A DNA stretch of 64,000 nucleotides, from positions 64,001-128,000 of the forward strand of contig JBILLK010000006.1 in NCBI GenBank assembly GCA_044376115.1, read 5' to 3'. Of the stretch, positions 26,164 to 36,700 are shown piece by piece. The stretch is from Polyangiaceae bacterium (lineage in GTDB: Bacteria > Myxococcota_A > Polyangia > Polyangiales > Polyangiaceae). The notes below the pieces were generated by a model that was not told where the DNA came from, made no database searches, and saw only the letters and a list, made by a program, of their open reading frames with translations. The position numbers and the translations under genes were made by a program. The number at the start of each line of letters is the position of its first letter. The stretch's first letter is position 1.

Positions 26164-28893
26164 GTGGCCTTGGGGTTGATCGATATCCGCGCGGGGGAGA
26201 AGCGCGGTCTCGTGTTGATGAGCGGTATCTTGGCGCTGATCACGGCAAGCCATACCTTGCTCGAAACAGCGCGGGACACGCTCTTCTTGACCAAGATGCC
26301 GCCGGAGCGATTGGCGCTCGTGTACGTGGTGCTGGCGCTGTTGGCCGTGATCGCCAGCAACTTGTCGGGGCTCGGCTCCAAGCGCTTTGGTCGTCGCGCA
26401 GGTCTGGTGACCTCGCTGTGCATCGTGGCTTTCTCGATGGTGCTGCTCAGCCTGCGCGAAGCCACGCCGACGATGGTGTTCGTCCTGTACTTGGCGAGCG
26501 GCGTGGCCGGCACGGTGATCACGTTGCAGTTTTGGCTGCTCGTCGGTCAATTTTTCACCGTCGCACAAGGCAAGCGGTTGTTCGGGCCGATGGCTGCCGG
26601 AGGCGTGCTTGGTGCAACGTTGGGCGCTGCGCTAGCGGCCTTGCTGCTCCGTTACATCCCCGCTGAGTCGCTGATCGTGGTCGGCGGCGGCTTGTTTCTG
26701 ACCGCCGCAGCGGTGGTCACGTTCATTCCGCAGACCGAAGGTATCGACGACGTCGACCTTTCGCCGACGCGGTTTTTCGCTTGGCTGCACGACTTTCGGC
26801 TGCTGCGCTCGCATCGCTATGTCGCGCTGATCGCAGCACTCTCCTTCGTCTCGGTCTCAGCTGTGCTGTTGGCCGACTACCTGTTCAAGTCCTCCGCCGC
26901 GACTACGCTTGGTCCGGCGCGGCTCGGTACCTTTTTGGGCACCTACTACGCAGTGCAAAACGCCGTCTCGTTGGTGGTGCAAGTGCTGCTCACGGGGGCC
27001 ATCGTTCGCAAGCTCGGTGTGACCACGGCGCTGATCGTATTTCCGGTCTTGTTGGCGTTGGGCGGGCTCGGGGCCTTCGTCACCGGCGCCTTCGCCATGA
27101 CGGTGGTAGTGAAGGGGACCGACGGAGCGCTGCGGCATTCGCTTCATCGCGTCACGTCCGAGCTATTGCTGCTGCCGCTCGCGAGCGACGTGCGCGACCG
27201 CTCCAAGCGCCTCTTGGAGACGGTCTTCGGTCGGGGCTCACAAGCGTTTGCCGCTCTCTCGATCGTTGCCTTGGCCTGGGCTGGGCTCGCGACGGTCAAA
27301 GTGTTGGCGCTGCTGGTTAGCCTGCTGGCCCTCGCCTGGTTGGCGATCGCGCTCTGGCTGCGCGTGCCCTATCTCGATCTCTTTCGGCGCGCGCTGGCCA
27401 GGGGTGAGCTGGGCAGCGAAGATCAGGAGCTCGACTTGGCTGCGGTGGGGGCGCTGCTCGAGTCCCTTGCCAGCGTCGAGGAAGCCAACGTGCTTGCCGC
27501 CATCGATCTGATTGAGCGTTCCGGTCGCCGGAATCTGCTACCAGCGCTGATCCTCTATCACGAGTCGCCGCGCGTGCTCGAGCGCGCGCTCACCGTCTTT
27601 GCGCAGGAACCGCGGCGCGATTTCATGCCGTTGGCGGAGCGTCTGCTCGGTGTTTCTGATGCAAGGGTCCGCGCGAGCGCTGTGCGCGCCCTCGCTCGTG
27701 CAGGTGGGCGGGCAGCCGCTGAGTCGGCGCTCGCTGACGCCGACCCGCGCGTAAGCTCGGCGTCGGCGTTTTTCCTCGCCGACGCCGAGTCGGCTCCGCA
27801 TGAGGCTGCACCCGTGCAACGCATCCTGTCGTCGTCGGACGACGATACGCCCGCGAAAGCGGCGTTGGTGCAGGTCATCGCCGAATACGGCGACTCGCAT
27901 TGGCAGCCCACCGTGCACGTCCTGGCTGCTCAGCCCAAGGTCGTCAAGCAGGCTGGGAGCGCGATGCCTCACGCGATCCGGCGCACCGGCGCGACCGAGT
28001 TCGCCAAGCTGCTGGTGCAGCTCTTGGAGGTTCGCGAGGTGCGCGCCTCCGCGCGCGAAGCGCTGGTCTCGTTCGGATCCGATGGCGAGGCCGTGCTAGC
28101 GGCTGCCCTACGCGATCGGTCGCAACCGATCACCCTTCGCCGCGAGGCGCCACTCGCGCTGGCGTCCTTTGGCACGCAGTCCGTGGTGGATCTCCTGGTG
28201 CAACATCTCGAGGAGGAGGACGCCTTGCTCTCCCACAGGGTCTTGCGCGCGCTCGGCCGATTGTCGGCTGATTCCAAGGCCGTCGGCGTGCGGCTGCGGA
28301 TCGACCGGGCGATGTGTGAACGCATGTTGGAGCGTCACTTGACCGACTACCTGTCCTTGCTCGACACCCGACTCAGCATCAAGAGCGCTCGCGGAATGAC
28401 CATCGAAGACGAGGTCTCACTCTCGCTGTTGGAGGGCCTGCTATCGGACCGCTCGGCGAACCACATGGAGCGCGCCTTCCGCTTTCTGCAGCTGGCCAAC
28501 CGAAATGAAGATATTCGCCCTGTGTTTGAGGCCGTGGTGCGCGGCGACAAGCGCGCGCGCGCGACAGCCATGGAATTTCTCGACGCACTCACGCTCGGCG
28601 AGGCGAAGATCCGCGATCTGTTGCGAGTGATCGCTGACGATCTCGAGCCGGAAGAGCGGGTTCGCCGCGGTCGTTCGGTGCGGCAGCTGCCTGCTGAATT
28701 GCCTTCCGCAGAGGCGACTCTCGCGACCTTGATCAGCGACGGAGAACCGCTGCTGGCGGCGCTCGCGCTCGCTTGCGCACGCTCGACGCGCGAAGGCCTC
28801 TTGGCCGAGCTCGTCACGCAAACGCGCGTGGACCGACCAGAGGTCATCGCGCTCGCGACAGACGTGTGGACGAACGAGGTGGCCCGTGCATGA
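26164..28893 (+). CDS. Npt1/Npt2 (TLC, ATP/ADP-translocase-like) MFS transporter fused to HEAT repeats
   Basis: LLETARDTLFL, QFW...QGKRLFG and DGALRHSLHRVTSELLLLPL; about 12 TMs followed by HEAT-like repeats (DARVRASAVRAL). Confidence 0.82.
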   Translation: MALGLIDIRAGEKRGLVLMSGILALITASHTLLETARDTLFLTKMPPERLALVYVVLALLAVIASNLSGLGSKRFGRRAGLVTSLCIVAFSMVLLSLREATPTMVFVLYLASGVAGTVITLQFWLLVGQFFTVAQGKRLFGPMAAGGVLGATLGAALAALLLRYIPAESLIVVGGGLFLTAAAVVTFIPQTEGIDDVDLSPTRFFAWLHDFRLLRSHRYVALIAALSFVSVSAVLLADYLFKSSAATTLGPARLGTFLGTYYAVQNAVSLVVQVLLTGAIVRKLGVTTALIVFPVLLALGGLGAFVTGAFAMTVVVKGTDGALRHSLHRVTSELLLLPLASDVRDRSKRLLETVFGRGSQAFAALSIVALAWAGLATVKVLALLVSLLALAWLAIALWLRVPYLDLFRRALARGELGSEDQELDLAAVGALLESLASVEEANVLAAIDLIERSGRRNLLPALILYHESPRVLERALTVFAQEPRRDFMPLAERLLGVSDARVRASAVRALARAGGRAAAESALADADPRVSSASAFFLADAESAPHEAAPVQRILSSSDDDTPAKAALVQVIAEYGDSHWQPTVHVLAAQPKVVKQAGSAMPHAIRRTGATEFAKLLVQLLEVREVRASAREALVSFGSDGEAVLAAALRDRSQPITLRREAPLALASFGTQSVVDLLVQHLEEEDALLSHRVLRALGRLSADSKAVGVRLRIDRAMCERMLERHLTDYLSLLDTRLSIKSARGMTIEDEVSLSLLEGLLSDRSANHMERAFRFLQLANRNEDIRPVFEAVVRGDKRARATAMEFLDALTLGEAKIRDLLRVIADDLEPEERVRRGRSVRQLPAELPSAEATLATLISDGEPLLAALALACARSTREGLLAELVTQTRVDRPEVIALATDVWTNEVARA

Positions 28894-29938
28894 TGAGACA
28901 GGTCAGCGCGCGAGCGAGAAGAAGGCGCAAATCGAGCGCGAGCTTTTTCTCAACGCCTTCTCGCCCTCACCGCCTTCTCCGGAGCTCTCTCGGCGCCTTG
29001 CAAACGTCCTACGAGACGTTTACGCAAAGGCCGGGGACATCATCTTCGAGCGCGGCGAGCAGCCGAAGACCGCTCATTTCATCGTCTCGGGTGAACTTGC
29101 CATGTTTGGCGAGGACGACGAAGAGCCAATCGTTTTCGGTCCTGGCTCGATCGTTGGGATGCTCGACCTAAACATTGGTAGGCGGCGGGCGCGCACCGCC
29201 CGGGTGACCAGTGACTGCCATTTGCTCGAGCTTCCGTACGCTCAGTGGCTGGAGCTGACCGAGGACCACCCGGAGTACACCACCAGTACGCGTCGGCGCG
29301 TGAGTGAGGGCCTGCACGAGTTGATGTTGAACTTCACCACCCAACAAATATTGGTGTTTGAGCGGAGCGCCCGCGCGCCGTTTCTCGATGCCGCGATGAT
29401 CTATCGCATTGCCGCGCTTCGATCGCCCGTCGTGTTCGAGCAAGCACGGGTCGACACCTTGGTAGAACTCGCCAAAAGGGCGAGCTTGCTTCGCGTCGAA
29501 CGCGGTCAGCTGATTGCACCGCCCGGGTCGAACAGCGACAAGCTGTTCGTCGTGATGCAAGGCGCGCTGGAGGTTCAGCGAAGGGTCAGTCCGGAACTCA
29601 CGGGCACCTTCGGGCCCGGGCAGCTGGTGCTTGGCGGAGCCGCGCTCTCAGGAGCTCTGCGGAACTATGCGGTCACCGCGGCGACGTACTCGGTCGTTTT
29701 GGTGCTCGAGCATCGGGATCTCGACGACATCGCTGAGGAGAAGTTCGACTTGGTGCTTTCTTGTCTGCGTGGTCTCTCGATTGAAAGGGACGCCCTGCTG
29801 GGTCGCAGAGCGCGCCGTTCAGTGCTGCCACCATCGGCGCCCGCCCCGTCGCTGCCCGTCCCGCCGTCCCTTGCTGCCGCCCAACGTGAGTCGAGCGACG
29901 TCGAACTCAAGGGTCCTGAACCTGGACAAAGTGCGTGA
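28886..29938 (+). CDS. Tandem cyclic-nucleotide-binding domain protein
   Basis: Two cNMP folds: GDIIFERGEQ..AHFIVSGEL..FGPGSIVG..RRARTA and GQLIAPPG..LFVVMQGAL..FGPGQLV. Confidence 0.85.
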   Translation: MHDETGQRASEKKAQIERELFLNAFSPSPPSPELSRRLANVLRDVYAKAGDIIFERGEQPKTAHFIVSGELAMFGEDDEEPIVFGPGSIVGMLDLNIGRRRARTARVTSDCHLLELPYAQWLELTEDHPEYTTSTRRRVSEGLHELMLNFTTQQILVFERSARAPFLDAAMIYRIAALRSPVVFEQARVDTLVELAKRASLLRVERGQLIAPPGSNSDKLFVVMQGALEVQRRVSPELTGTFGPGQLVLGGAALSGALRNYAVTAATYSVVLVLEHRDLDDIAEEKFDLVLSCLRGLSIERDALLGRRARRSVLPPSAPAPSLPVPPSLAAAQRESSDVELKGPEPGQSA

Positions 29939-31013
29939 TGGTGCGGCTGCCGCCACGGTTGTCGCGCACGACCGCCCAGATCGAATAGAGGCCCGGATCC
30001 TCGGGGGCCACCCATCGCGTCGACCGATCCGACACCAGGCCCGTCGAGGCGTCCGACACCAGCTTCAAATCGTTTTCAAACTGACCGGCTGTAGCGAAGT
30101 ACGAGACCCAGAGCACCTCGGACAGTTGGTTGCCATCGACGTCGGTTGCACCCGGATCTTCTTCGGCGGATTCTTCCGGTACGTCGACGTCGATCTCCAG
30201 GGCTCCACATTCGGTGAACTCATCCCGGGCCGCGCAGCCCGACTTCTGCCGCTCTTCGAGGGTGATGGGGCAGGTCTCGACCGATAGCACCTCATCGGAG
30301 GGCAACGTCACCCCGTCTACCTGCAGGCCGCGCACCTCCGGGTTGGCGTTTATCCGTCCGTCCTCGAAGACGAAGATTTGGGTGTAGCCCGGAACGAACG
30401 CCTCCGGGCCGAGCTGCACACCATTCGAATCGAAGCAGCCGAGGGGGAAGGAGGATGCGCTTGGGTCTTCCACGTCGATCGTCGGCCGAATCTCTCCATC
30501 GCAGGCGACGAAGAACAAGAACGCGGTGCCCACCTTCGAACCAAAGTTGGGTTCGGGAACGTCGTCCAGGATGTCTTCGGGAATGGCCAGATCAAACTGG
30601 GTGATCCCTGGGCCTCCCCCAACGGTACCGGGGGGTGGTGCTCCGCCTTCCGCAAGCGCTCCGAACACTTCGGCCAGCGACTCGTAGCAGCCGAAATACT
30701 GGCCGCCGGTCGGGTTGTAACAGCCACCTAACCAGAGGATGTTGACGGGGTTGGGGTTGGTATCCTCCCCGCGACCGTCGCCTAGGATCATGTTGAAGCG
30801 AACCGAGTCGCCGGGGAGGGCGTACGGTAAGTCAGCCTCAACCGAGATGATGCGCAGCGTGTTCACCGCGCTAGGCGGATCGAACGAAGTGGCGCAGGCT
30901 TGCGCGACCAACGTGCCTACTGCGGGCATCAGCATCAGCGACGCTAAAGCGAATCGCGGCAGAGAGCGGTTGCGTCGACCGCGACTCGTAAGGCGTGAAC
31001 TCGTTGCGGTCAT
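29907..31013 (-). CDS. Lipoprotein partner of the TonB-dependent receptor
   Basis: Lipobox VAQAC, LRIISVEAD and a C-terminal WAVVRDNRGG. ATG 31013 overlaps the receptor stop (ATGA). Confidence 0.75.
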   Translation of the reverse strand: MTATSSRLTSRGRRNRSLPRFALASLMLMPAVGTLVAQACATSFDPPSAVNTLRIISVEADLPYALPGDSVRFNMILGDGRGEDTNPNPVNILWLGGCYNPTGGQYFGCYESLAEVFGALAEGGAPPPGTVGGGPGITQFDLAIPEDILDDVPEPNFGSKVGTAFLFFVACDGEIRPTIDVEDPSASSFPLGCFDSNGVQLGPEAFVPGYTQIFVFEDGRINANPEVRGLQVDGVTLPSDEVLSVETCPITLEERQKSGCAARDEFTECGALEIDVDVPEESAEEDPGATDVDGNQLSEVLWVSYFATAGQFENDLKLVSDASTGLVSDRSTRWVAPEDPGLYSIWAVVRDNRGGSRTITHFVQVQDP

Positions 31014-33724
31014 TCGCCGAAGTCTCCCCGAATTCCAAGGCTGGGCAAGATGGGCAAGCCGTTGACGTAGTTGCGGGCGGTGAAGTTGAAGTTGTAGCCC
31101 ACCGCCTCGGTGTTCTGGTTGTTGTAGACGTTCTGCACGTCGAGGTACGCCGCCAGTGACCAACCGTCGAACTTCCACTTCTTGTCGACGCGGATGTCGA
31201 GCGCGTGAAATGGCGGTAGCCGCTCGCTGTTGAGTCCAATCGGGATTTGAACGTACGAACCGGAGGGCGCGTAGTAGAGCGAGTTGGTCCGGTTCGGGTC
31301 ACAGCCTTGCGAGAGCGGATTGCAAACGCTCGGGTCGATCAGGTTGCCCGAGATGAAGCGAAAGCGCCCGCCGATCTCCCAGCCGTGTCCCAGCTGGTAG
31401 CTGCCGAGGACCGTGAGAATGTGCGTTTGGTCGAAGGAGACGGGCACCTCGGGCTCGCCAGGCTCGGTTTGGCGCACGCTGCGTGAGAGCGTATAGGCGA
31501 GCCAACCGAAGAACCTCTCATCAGGCTTGTAACGCAACAGCAGCTCGCCGCCGGCCGCATATCCGAGCGAACGGTTGTCATAGAAGATGCTGCCCGAGCT
31601 CGCGGTGGAGGCGTTGCCAATGACGACGTTGTCGAGCTGCTTCACGAATCCTTCGAGCGATACGTCGAGCTGCTGCGTGAGGTCTTGCTCCATGCCGAGT
31701 GCGTAGTGAATGGCGCGGTTGGAGCGCACGGACGGCGTGCCGATCGGGGCAATCGCTTGCTGAAAAGCGGGCGGCTGGTGGTACACGCCGACGCCGGTCT
31801 TGAGCGTGGTCTTGGGGAACTCACGGGCGAGACCGAAGCGCCCAGAGAAGCGTGGGCTCACCGTGATCTCGTTGTTGTAGGTGGCGTCGTCGATGCGCAG
31901 GCCGGGCACCAGGCGAATCCCAGGCAGAGGCTCGATCTCGAGCTCGCTGAAGATGCCCGGCTGGCACACGACGCTTTGCGACTCAAAGTCGCGGAACGGC
32001 CTCGTGGAAAACGGTTGGCTCGCAGGTTCTCCGGGGCGGGAGTTGCTTTGCGGGAAGCGCAAGCGGACGTCGGCGTAGGCGCTGAACACGTCCATCCCGG
32101 TGTTGATCTTGAGCTCCTTGCTCACCCGATGGCTGTGCTCAAAGCGCGTCGTCACGCTGAACGAATCGAGGAAGAAGAAGATCGGCCCGAGGCTGAAGCC
32201 GATGTCGTCGTGTCCGAAGGCCAACACGCTGCGGAAGGAGTCCCGTTCGAACTCTTTCTCCCACAGGAACTGCACGCGCTGAAACGCCGTATGGAGGCCT
32301 ACGTTGCCAGAAAGCGCTGGCTCTCCTGGGGCAGGGTCCGAGACCAACAGCTCGAGCGCGTCATCACTGCCGAAGAAACCAATACGAAAGCGACCGACGT
32401 CGGCGGAGTTGTGTTCGATGAACAGCTGGTAGTCGTAATAGACGGGAGCTTGCGTGACTGATGCGCCAGCGGCCTCCAGCGTCGGCCCGAGCCAAGCGTC
32501 GATGTAGCTGCGGCGTCCGGAGGCCATGAAGGTCCAGCCCTCGAGCAAGGGGATGGGACCCTCAACCAGGCCGCGCGCGTCGATCAAGTCCACCTGCGCG
32601 ACGCCGTGATAGCCGTCGTCCTTGGGCGAACGAATCCCAACGTCAACGATGCCGCCGGTCACACGACCGTACTCTGCGCCGAAGTTGCCGGGGTAGAAGT
32701 CGATCTTCTCGAGGATCTCGGTTGGGACCACGCTCGACAGACCGCCGAAGTGGTAGATCAACGGGACGAGCGAGCCGTCGATGAAGGTCTGCGTGTCGGC
32801 TGGGCCTGAGCCGCGGACGAGCAAGATGCCGGCAATGCCCGGAGGCCGCGCGACGCCGGGCAGGTTCTGCAGCGACTTGAGCGCGTCGCCGTTGGTGCCG
32901 GGGACGCGGTCGATCTCGCGCCTGGTGATGGTGCGCTTGACCACCTCGCGCGGAGGGCGCTGCCCGCGAATCGTTACTTCGAGACCACCGCTCGCGACGT
33001 ACACCCGGTACTTGACGGTGCTGCGCGCTCCTTCGCTGATCTCTTCCACCAACGTGGTTTTGCCGAACCCCTCGGCGACGATCTCCACGTTGTATTGGCC
33101 CGGAACCACGTCTCCAAAATCGAAGCGGCCTTCGGCGTCGGTGGTGACCGTGCGAGCCTCCCCGGCCGTTTTGGGCGTGAGAACGACGCGTGCGCCAGCG
33201 ACGCCAACCTCCTCCGCGTTGCTCGCATCGTCGGAGGTCCCAAGAACCACGCCCGAGAGCCCCTCTTTCTCGACGGGGACCTCCTCGGTCGTATCGGGTT
33301 CAGGCTCTTTGGCCTTCAGCGAGAAGGTGAATCGAAACTTGAGTTTGGAGGGCACCGGCTTGCCCGACGCATCTCGTTCTGGGTCCCAGATCAGCTGCCG
33401 ACCTGCTTCGAGCGCCGCCTCATCGAAGCCGTCCCCGGCTCCGGTATCCACGGTGGCGTTGGTTACCGCGCCCGCTGCGCTGATGCTGAGGATCAGGATG
33501 ACCTGGGCCTCGCGGTCCAAGGCGTTTTCAGGGTGCTTGGGCGCCACATACTGCCGCAGGCGCGCTCTCGCGCTCAGGTCCGCGGGGGCCTCGGCGGGCT
33601 TTTCCTCTTGCTTGATAATGCCGGTATCGCCGCGAGGCACACCGTCTTGCGCGCTAGCGGCCAACGGCCAGGCAAGCGCGCAGGCAACCGCAGTCCCCCC
33701 CAGGATTGCCCGCTTGTGAACCAT
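31010..33724 (-). CDS. TonB-dependent receptor with N-terminal TonB_C-like and carboxypeptidase-regulatory-like domains
   Basis: Signal peptide, TonB_C-like segment (APKHPE...FDEAALEA...W.P), plug DALKSLQNLPGV...IDFYPGNFGAEYG and barrel end YLDVQNVYN...LPSLGIRGDF. Start at ATG 33724. Confidence 0.9.
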   Translation of the reverse strand: MVHKRAILGGTAVACALAWPLAASAQDGVPRGDTGIIKQEEKPAEAPADLSARARLRQYVAPKHPENALDREAQVILILSISAAGAVTNATVDTGAGDGFDEAALEAGRQLIWDPERDASGKPVPSKLKFRFTFSLKAKEPEPDTTEEVPVEKEGLSGVVLGTSDDASNAEEVGVAGARVVLTPKTAGEARTVTTDAEGRFDFGDVVPGQYNVEIVAEGFGKTTLVEEISEGARSTVKYRVYVASGGLEVTIRGQRPPREVVKRTITRREIDRVPGTNGDALKSLQNLPGVARPPGIAGILLVRGSGPADTQTFIDGSLVPLIYHFGGLSSVVPTEILEKIDFYPGNFGAEYGRVTGGIVDVGIRSPKDDGYHGVAQVDLIDARGLVEGPIPLLEGWTFMASGRRSYIDAWLGPTLEAAGASVTQAPVYYDYQLFIEHNSADVGRFRIGFFGSDDALELLVSDPAPGEPALSGNVGLHTAFQRVQFLWEKEFERDSFRSVLAFGHDDIGFSLGPIFFFLDSFSVTTRFEHSHRVSKELKINTGMDVFSAYADVRLRFPQSNSRPGEPASQPFSTRPFRDFESQSVVCQPGIFSELEIEPLPGIRLVPGLRIDDATYNNEITVSPRFSGRFGLAREFPKTTLKTGVGVYHQPPAFQQAIAPIGTPSVRSNRAIHYALGMEQDLTQQLDVSLEGFVKQLDNVVIGNASTASSGSIFYDNRSLGYAAGGELLLRYKPDERFFGWLAYTLSRSVRQTEPGEPEVPVSFDQTHILTVLGSYQLGHGWEIGGRFRFISGNLIDPSVCNPLSQGCDPNRTNSLYYAPSGSYVQIPIGLNSERLPPFHALDIRVDKKWKFDGWSLAAYLDVQNVYNNQNTEAVGYNFNFTARNYVNGLPILPSLGIRGDFGE

Positions 33725-33738
33725 CTGGCGCTTCCCTT

Positions 33739-36700
33739 CTACACCGGATCGCGACGTTTGAGGAGCACACACAGGGTGATCAGCACCACCACCATGAAGC
33801 CCGCAAGCACTGCGTAGGGCATCCAAACCACCTCGTAGTTTTCGAAGCCCCATGAGCCCTTCAGGTTCTCTGCTGCAAGCTGCGCTGTGGCGCATTTGAA
33901 GTCACCATTCTCGACAAAGTCCGCCGGGGAACTGACTGGGTCCCGCATCTGGAGGTCCACAGTCCAAGCTGGATCTCCGTCCAAGGCCATCCGGTTGGGG
34001 GCGATGGCAGCCTCGAAGCCCCAGCGAGCCGGGACCACATTGAATAGCAGCTTCAGCTTGGGCACGCTTGTCATCGGCACCATCAATCCGCCCAAAATGA
34101 CCTGCGGAATGAGGGCGATCGGTGTCAGCGCCATCGCAGCTTCGCTGGATTCGACGGAGGTCGAAAGCAGCAGGCCAATGGCGGTCGCTACCAAGGAGGT
34201 CGCTACCAGCGCGCCTAACATCTGCCCGAACACAGGCATACCGCCTGGCAGCTTCAAGCCAAAGAAGACGATCGCCAGGATCATCGAGCATTGCACGATG
34301 CAGAAGAACGCCAACAGGATGAACTTCGAGAAGACGTAGTTGAAGAGCCCGAGGTTCACCATCCGCTCGCGCATGTAGATGGCTCGCTCACTCACGATCT
34401 CGCGCGCAGCGTTGGACGTGCCGAACCAAATCGCCGAGACCACCAAGAAGAAGATCGCCGCCGTGTAGTCCGACGTCTGCGTCATGTTCCTGAGCACCTC
34501 GGCGCCAGCCTCGATCTGGACGCCCTTGGTCTCACGCTTGGAGAGCTCCTGCAAAGCGCCCAAGCACCACCCCGGAACGGCGTCGTCCTGGCCACCAAAG
34601 ACCATGTAGAGCAAGAGGCCGATGATGGGCGCCTGCGCAAACATGATGATGATACCGCCCGTGTCGCGCACCTTGCATTTGAAGTAGCGCGAGAGCAGCA
34701 GACCCAGCTGCCCGCTCGTTTGTTGACGACCCGGCGGGACGCCATGCGGAGCGGTGCCCGAGCCGATCTCTCGCCGACCGGAGTACATTCGCCGGAAGGT
34801 TGGGTTCTGATCGGTGAAGAACTCGGAGCGCCACTCGAGCGCAGCGGCCTTTCGGGCTTCTTGGCGCGAAGCCGACGGATTCTGCGCTCGCAGCCGCTCG
34901 AAGATGGGCCTTTCGCGAACGGCGAGCATGTCGAACATGTCGCGTGGATTGTCGAGTTCGGGCTTGCTCTTGTCTCGCTGACTACCGAAGAAGCGATAGG
35001 CGTCGGGCGAGGTCGGCCCGAAGAACATCGGGATGCCGCCGTAGCCCATGATCAAGCAATGGCTGAACTTCTCGAACTCGTCCTTCGCCGGCTGATGGAT
35101 CGTCATGATGATCGTCTTGCCGGTCGCCTTCGTGAGGTTGGCGAGTAGCTCGATCAGCGCGGTGGTGTCGTCGGCGGCGAGACCGCTCGTCGGTTCATCG
35201 AGGAACACGATGACCGGATCGGTAACGAGCTCGAGAGCGATGTTCACGCGCTTGCGCTGCCCGCCCGAGAGCGTCTTCTTTTCCGGCTTACCAATCTGAA
35301 GGTTCGCGACGCCGTCGAGCCCGAGGTCCTTCAGCGTTTGCTCTACGCGCTGCTCGATTTCGGCGTCGGAGTAGTCAGGAGGGAGGCGGAATTTGGCGCT
35401 GTAGCGCACCGCCTCGTGCACCGTGAGTTCGGGGTGCACCAGGTCGTCCTGCGGGACGTAGCCGATCGAGCCGCGCAGGGTGTCGTAGATGTTGTAGAGG
35501 TCTTCACCGTTGATGCGAACGATGCCGCTGGTGGGCGGGAGGTAGCCGTTCAGCGCGAGCAAGAGCGTCGTCTTGCCGGCGCCAGAGGGCCCCATCAGCG
35601 CGATCATGTCGCCGGGCAACGCCTTGAACGAAACGTTGTCGAGCAACGTCTTCATCTCACCGCGGTTGTCACGGTCAGGCACTTGAAGCACCAAGCTCCA
35701 GGCCTCGATCTCGTACAGGGGCTTGCCGGCCCAGCGCTCGAGCGCGTACTCCTCCTGCACCACCTCTGCCGCGCCCGATGCCGATATCTCGATCTGCAGC
35801 GGCATCGGCCCGACGTAGATCTTTTCTCCGCTTTGAACGGCGATCTTCTGGCCGGGTGGGATGCGTTGCCCGCGCACGTAGGTGCCGTTGCCGCTGCCAC
35901 GGTCCTCGATGTAGAGCTGGCCGGCGATTTGGTGCAGGAGCGCGTGCCGGCTGGAGACCTGCGGGTGGGAAATGACGATGTCGTTGTCGGGCGTTCGACC
36001 GATCGTCCGGACGGGCTTTTGCCCGGCGGCAAAGTCGAGCTGCCCGAGGATCGTCTTGTTCTTTTTTGCCGGCATCCCCGCAGGCGGAGAGGCGCCGGCG
36101 GGCTGTTGCCCCGCAGGCATCGCAGCGGCGAGCTGCTGAGCCTGCGCCAAACTCATCGCCGCCGTCGCCTTGTTCGGATTCTGCCCCTGTTGCATCTGGA
36201 GCGAGGGCATCGGCTGCTGAGGCATCGACTGCTGAGGCATCGATGGGTGCGCGCCGCCGGCCTGCTGGCCCTGCAAGTAGGCGTTCGTCTCGAGCGCCGC
36301 TTGGGCTGCAGCAGGCCCAGCCGCTAGGGCTTGCGCGAGCTGGCCGAGCAGGCCCGCGGGCACAGGTACCGGGCCGAAGGCGACCACACCGTTCGGGTCG
36401 AGCGGGGAGGGAGCGTTCGGCGCGATCTTGGTGCGGTTCTGTCCGAGAAAGGTGCCGCTGGTCGAGCCATGGTCGAGCACCATCATGCGATCGAGCATCA
36501 CGGTCGCGTGCTGACTCGAAACGCTGGGGTGCTGAATGACGAGGGACGCTCGCGTCGGATCGCGCCCGATGATCAGGTGGCCACGCGGGGCAGGGGCCTG
36601 GCCCACCGCCATGATCATCATCACGATGCTCGGGTGGCTCAGTGGGACGGTGACGTTCGCGATCGAGAACGCCGTGCGAAAGTCGAAGGGCACCTGCTCG

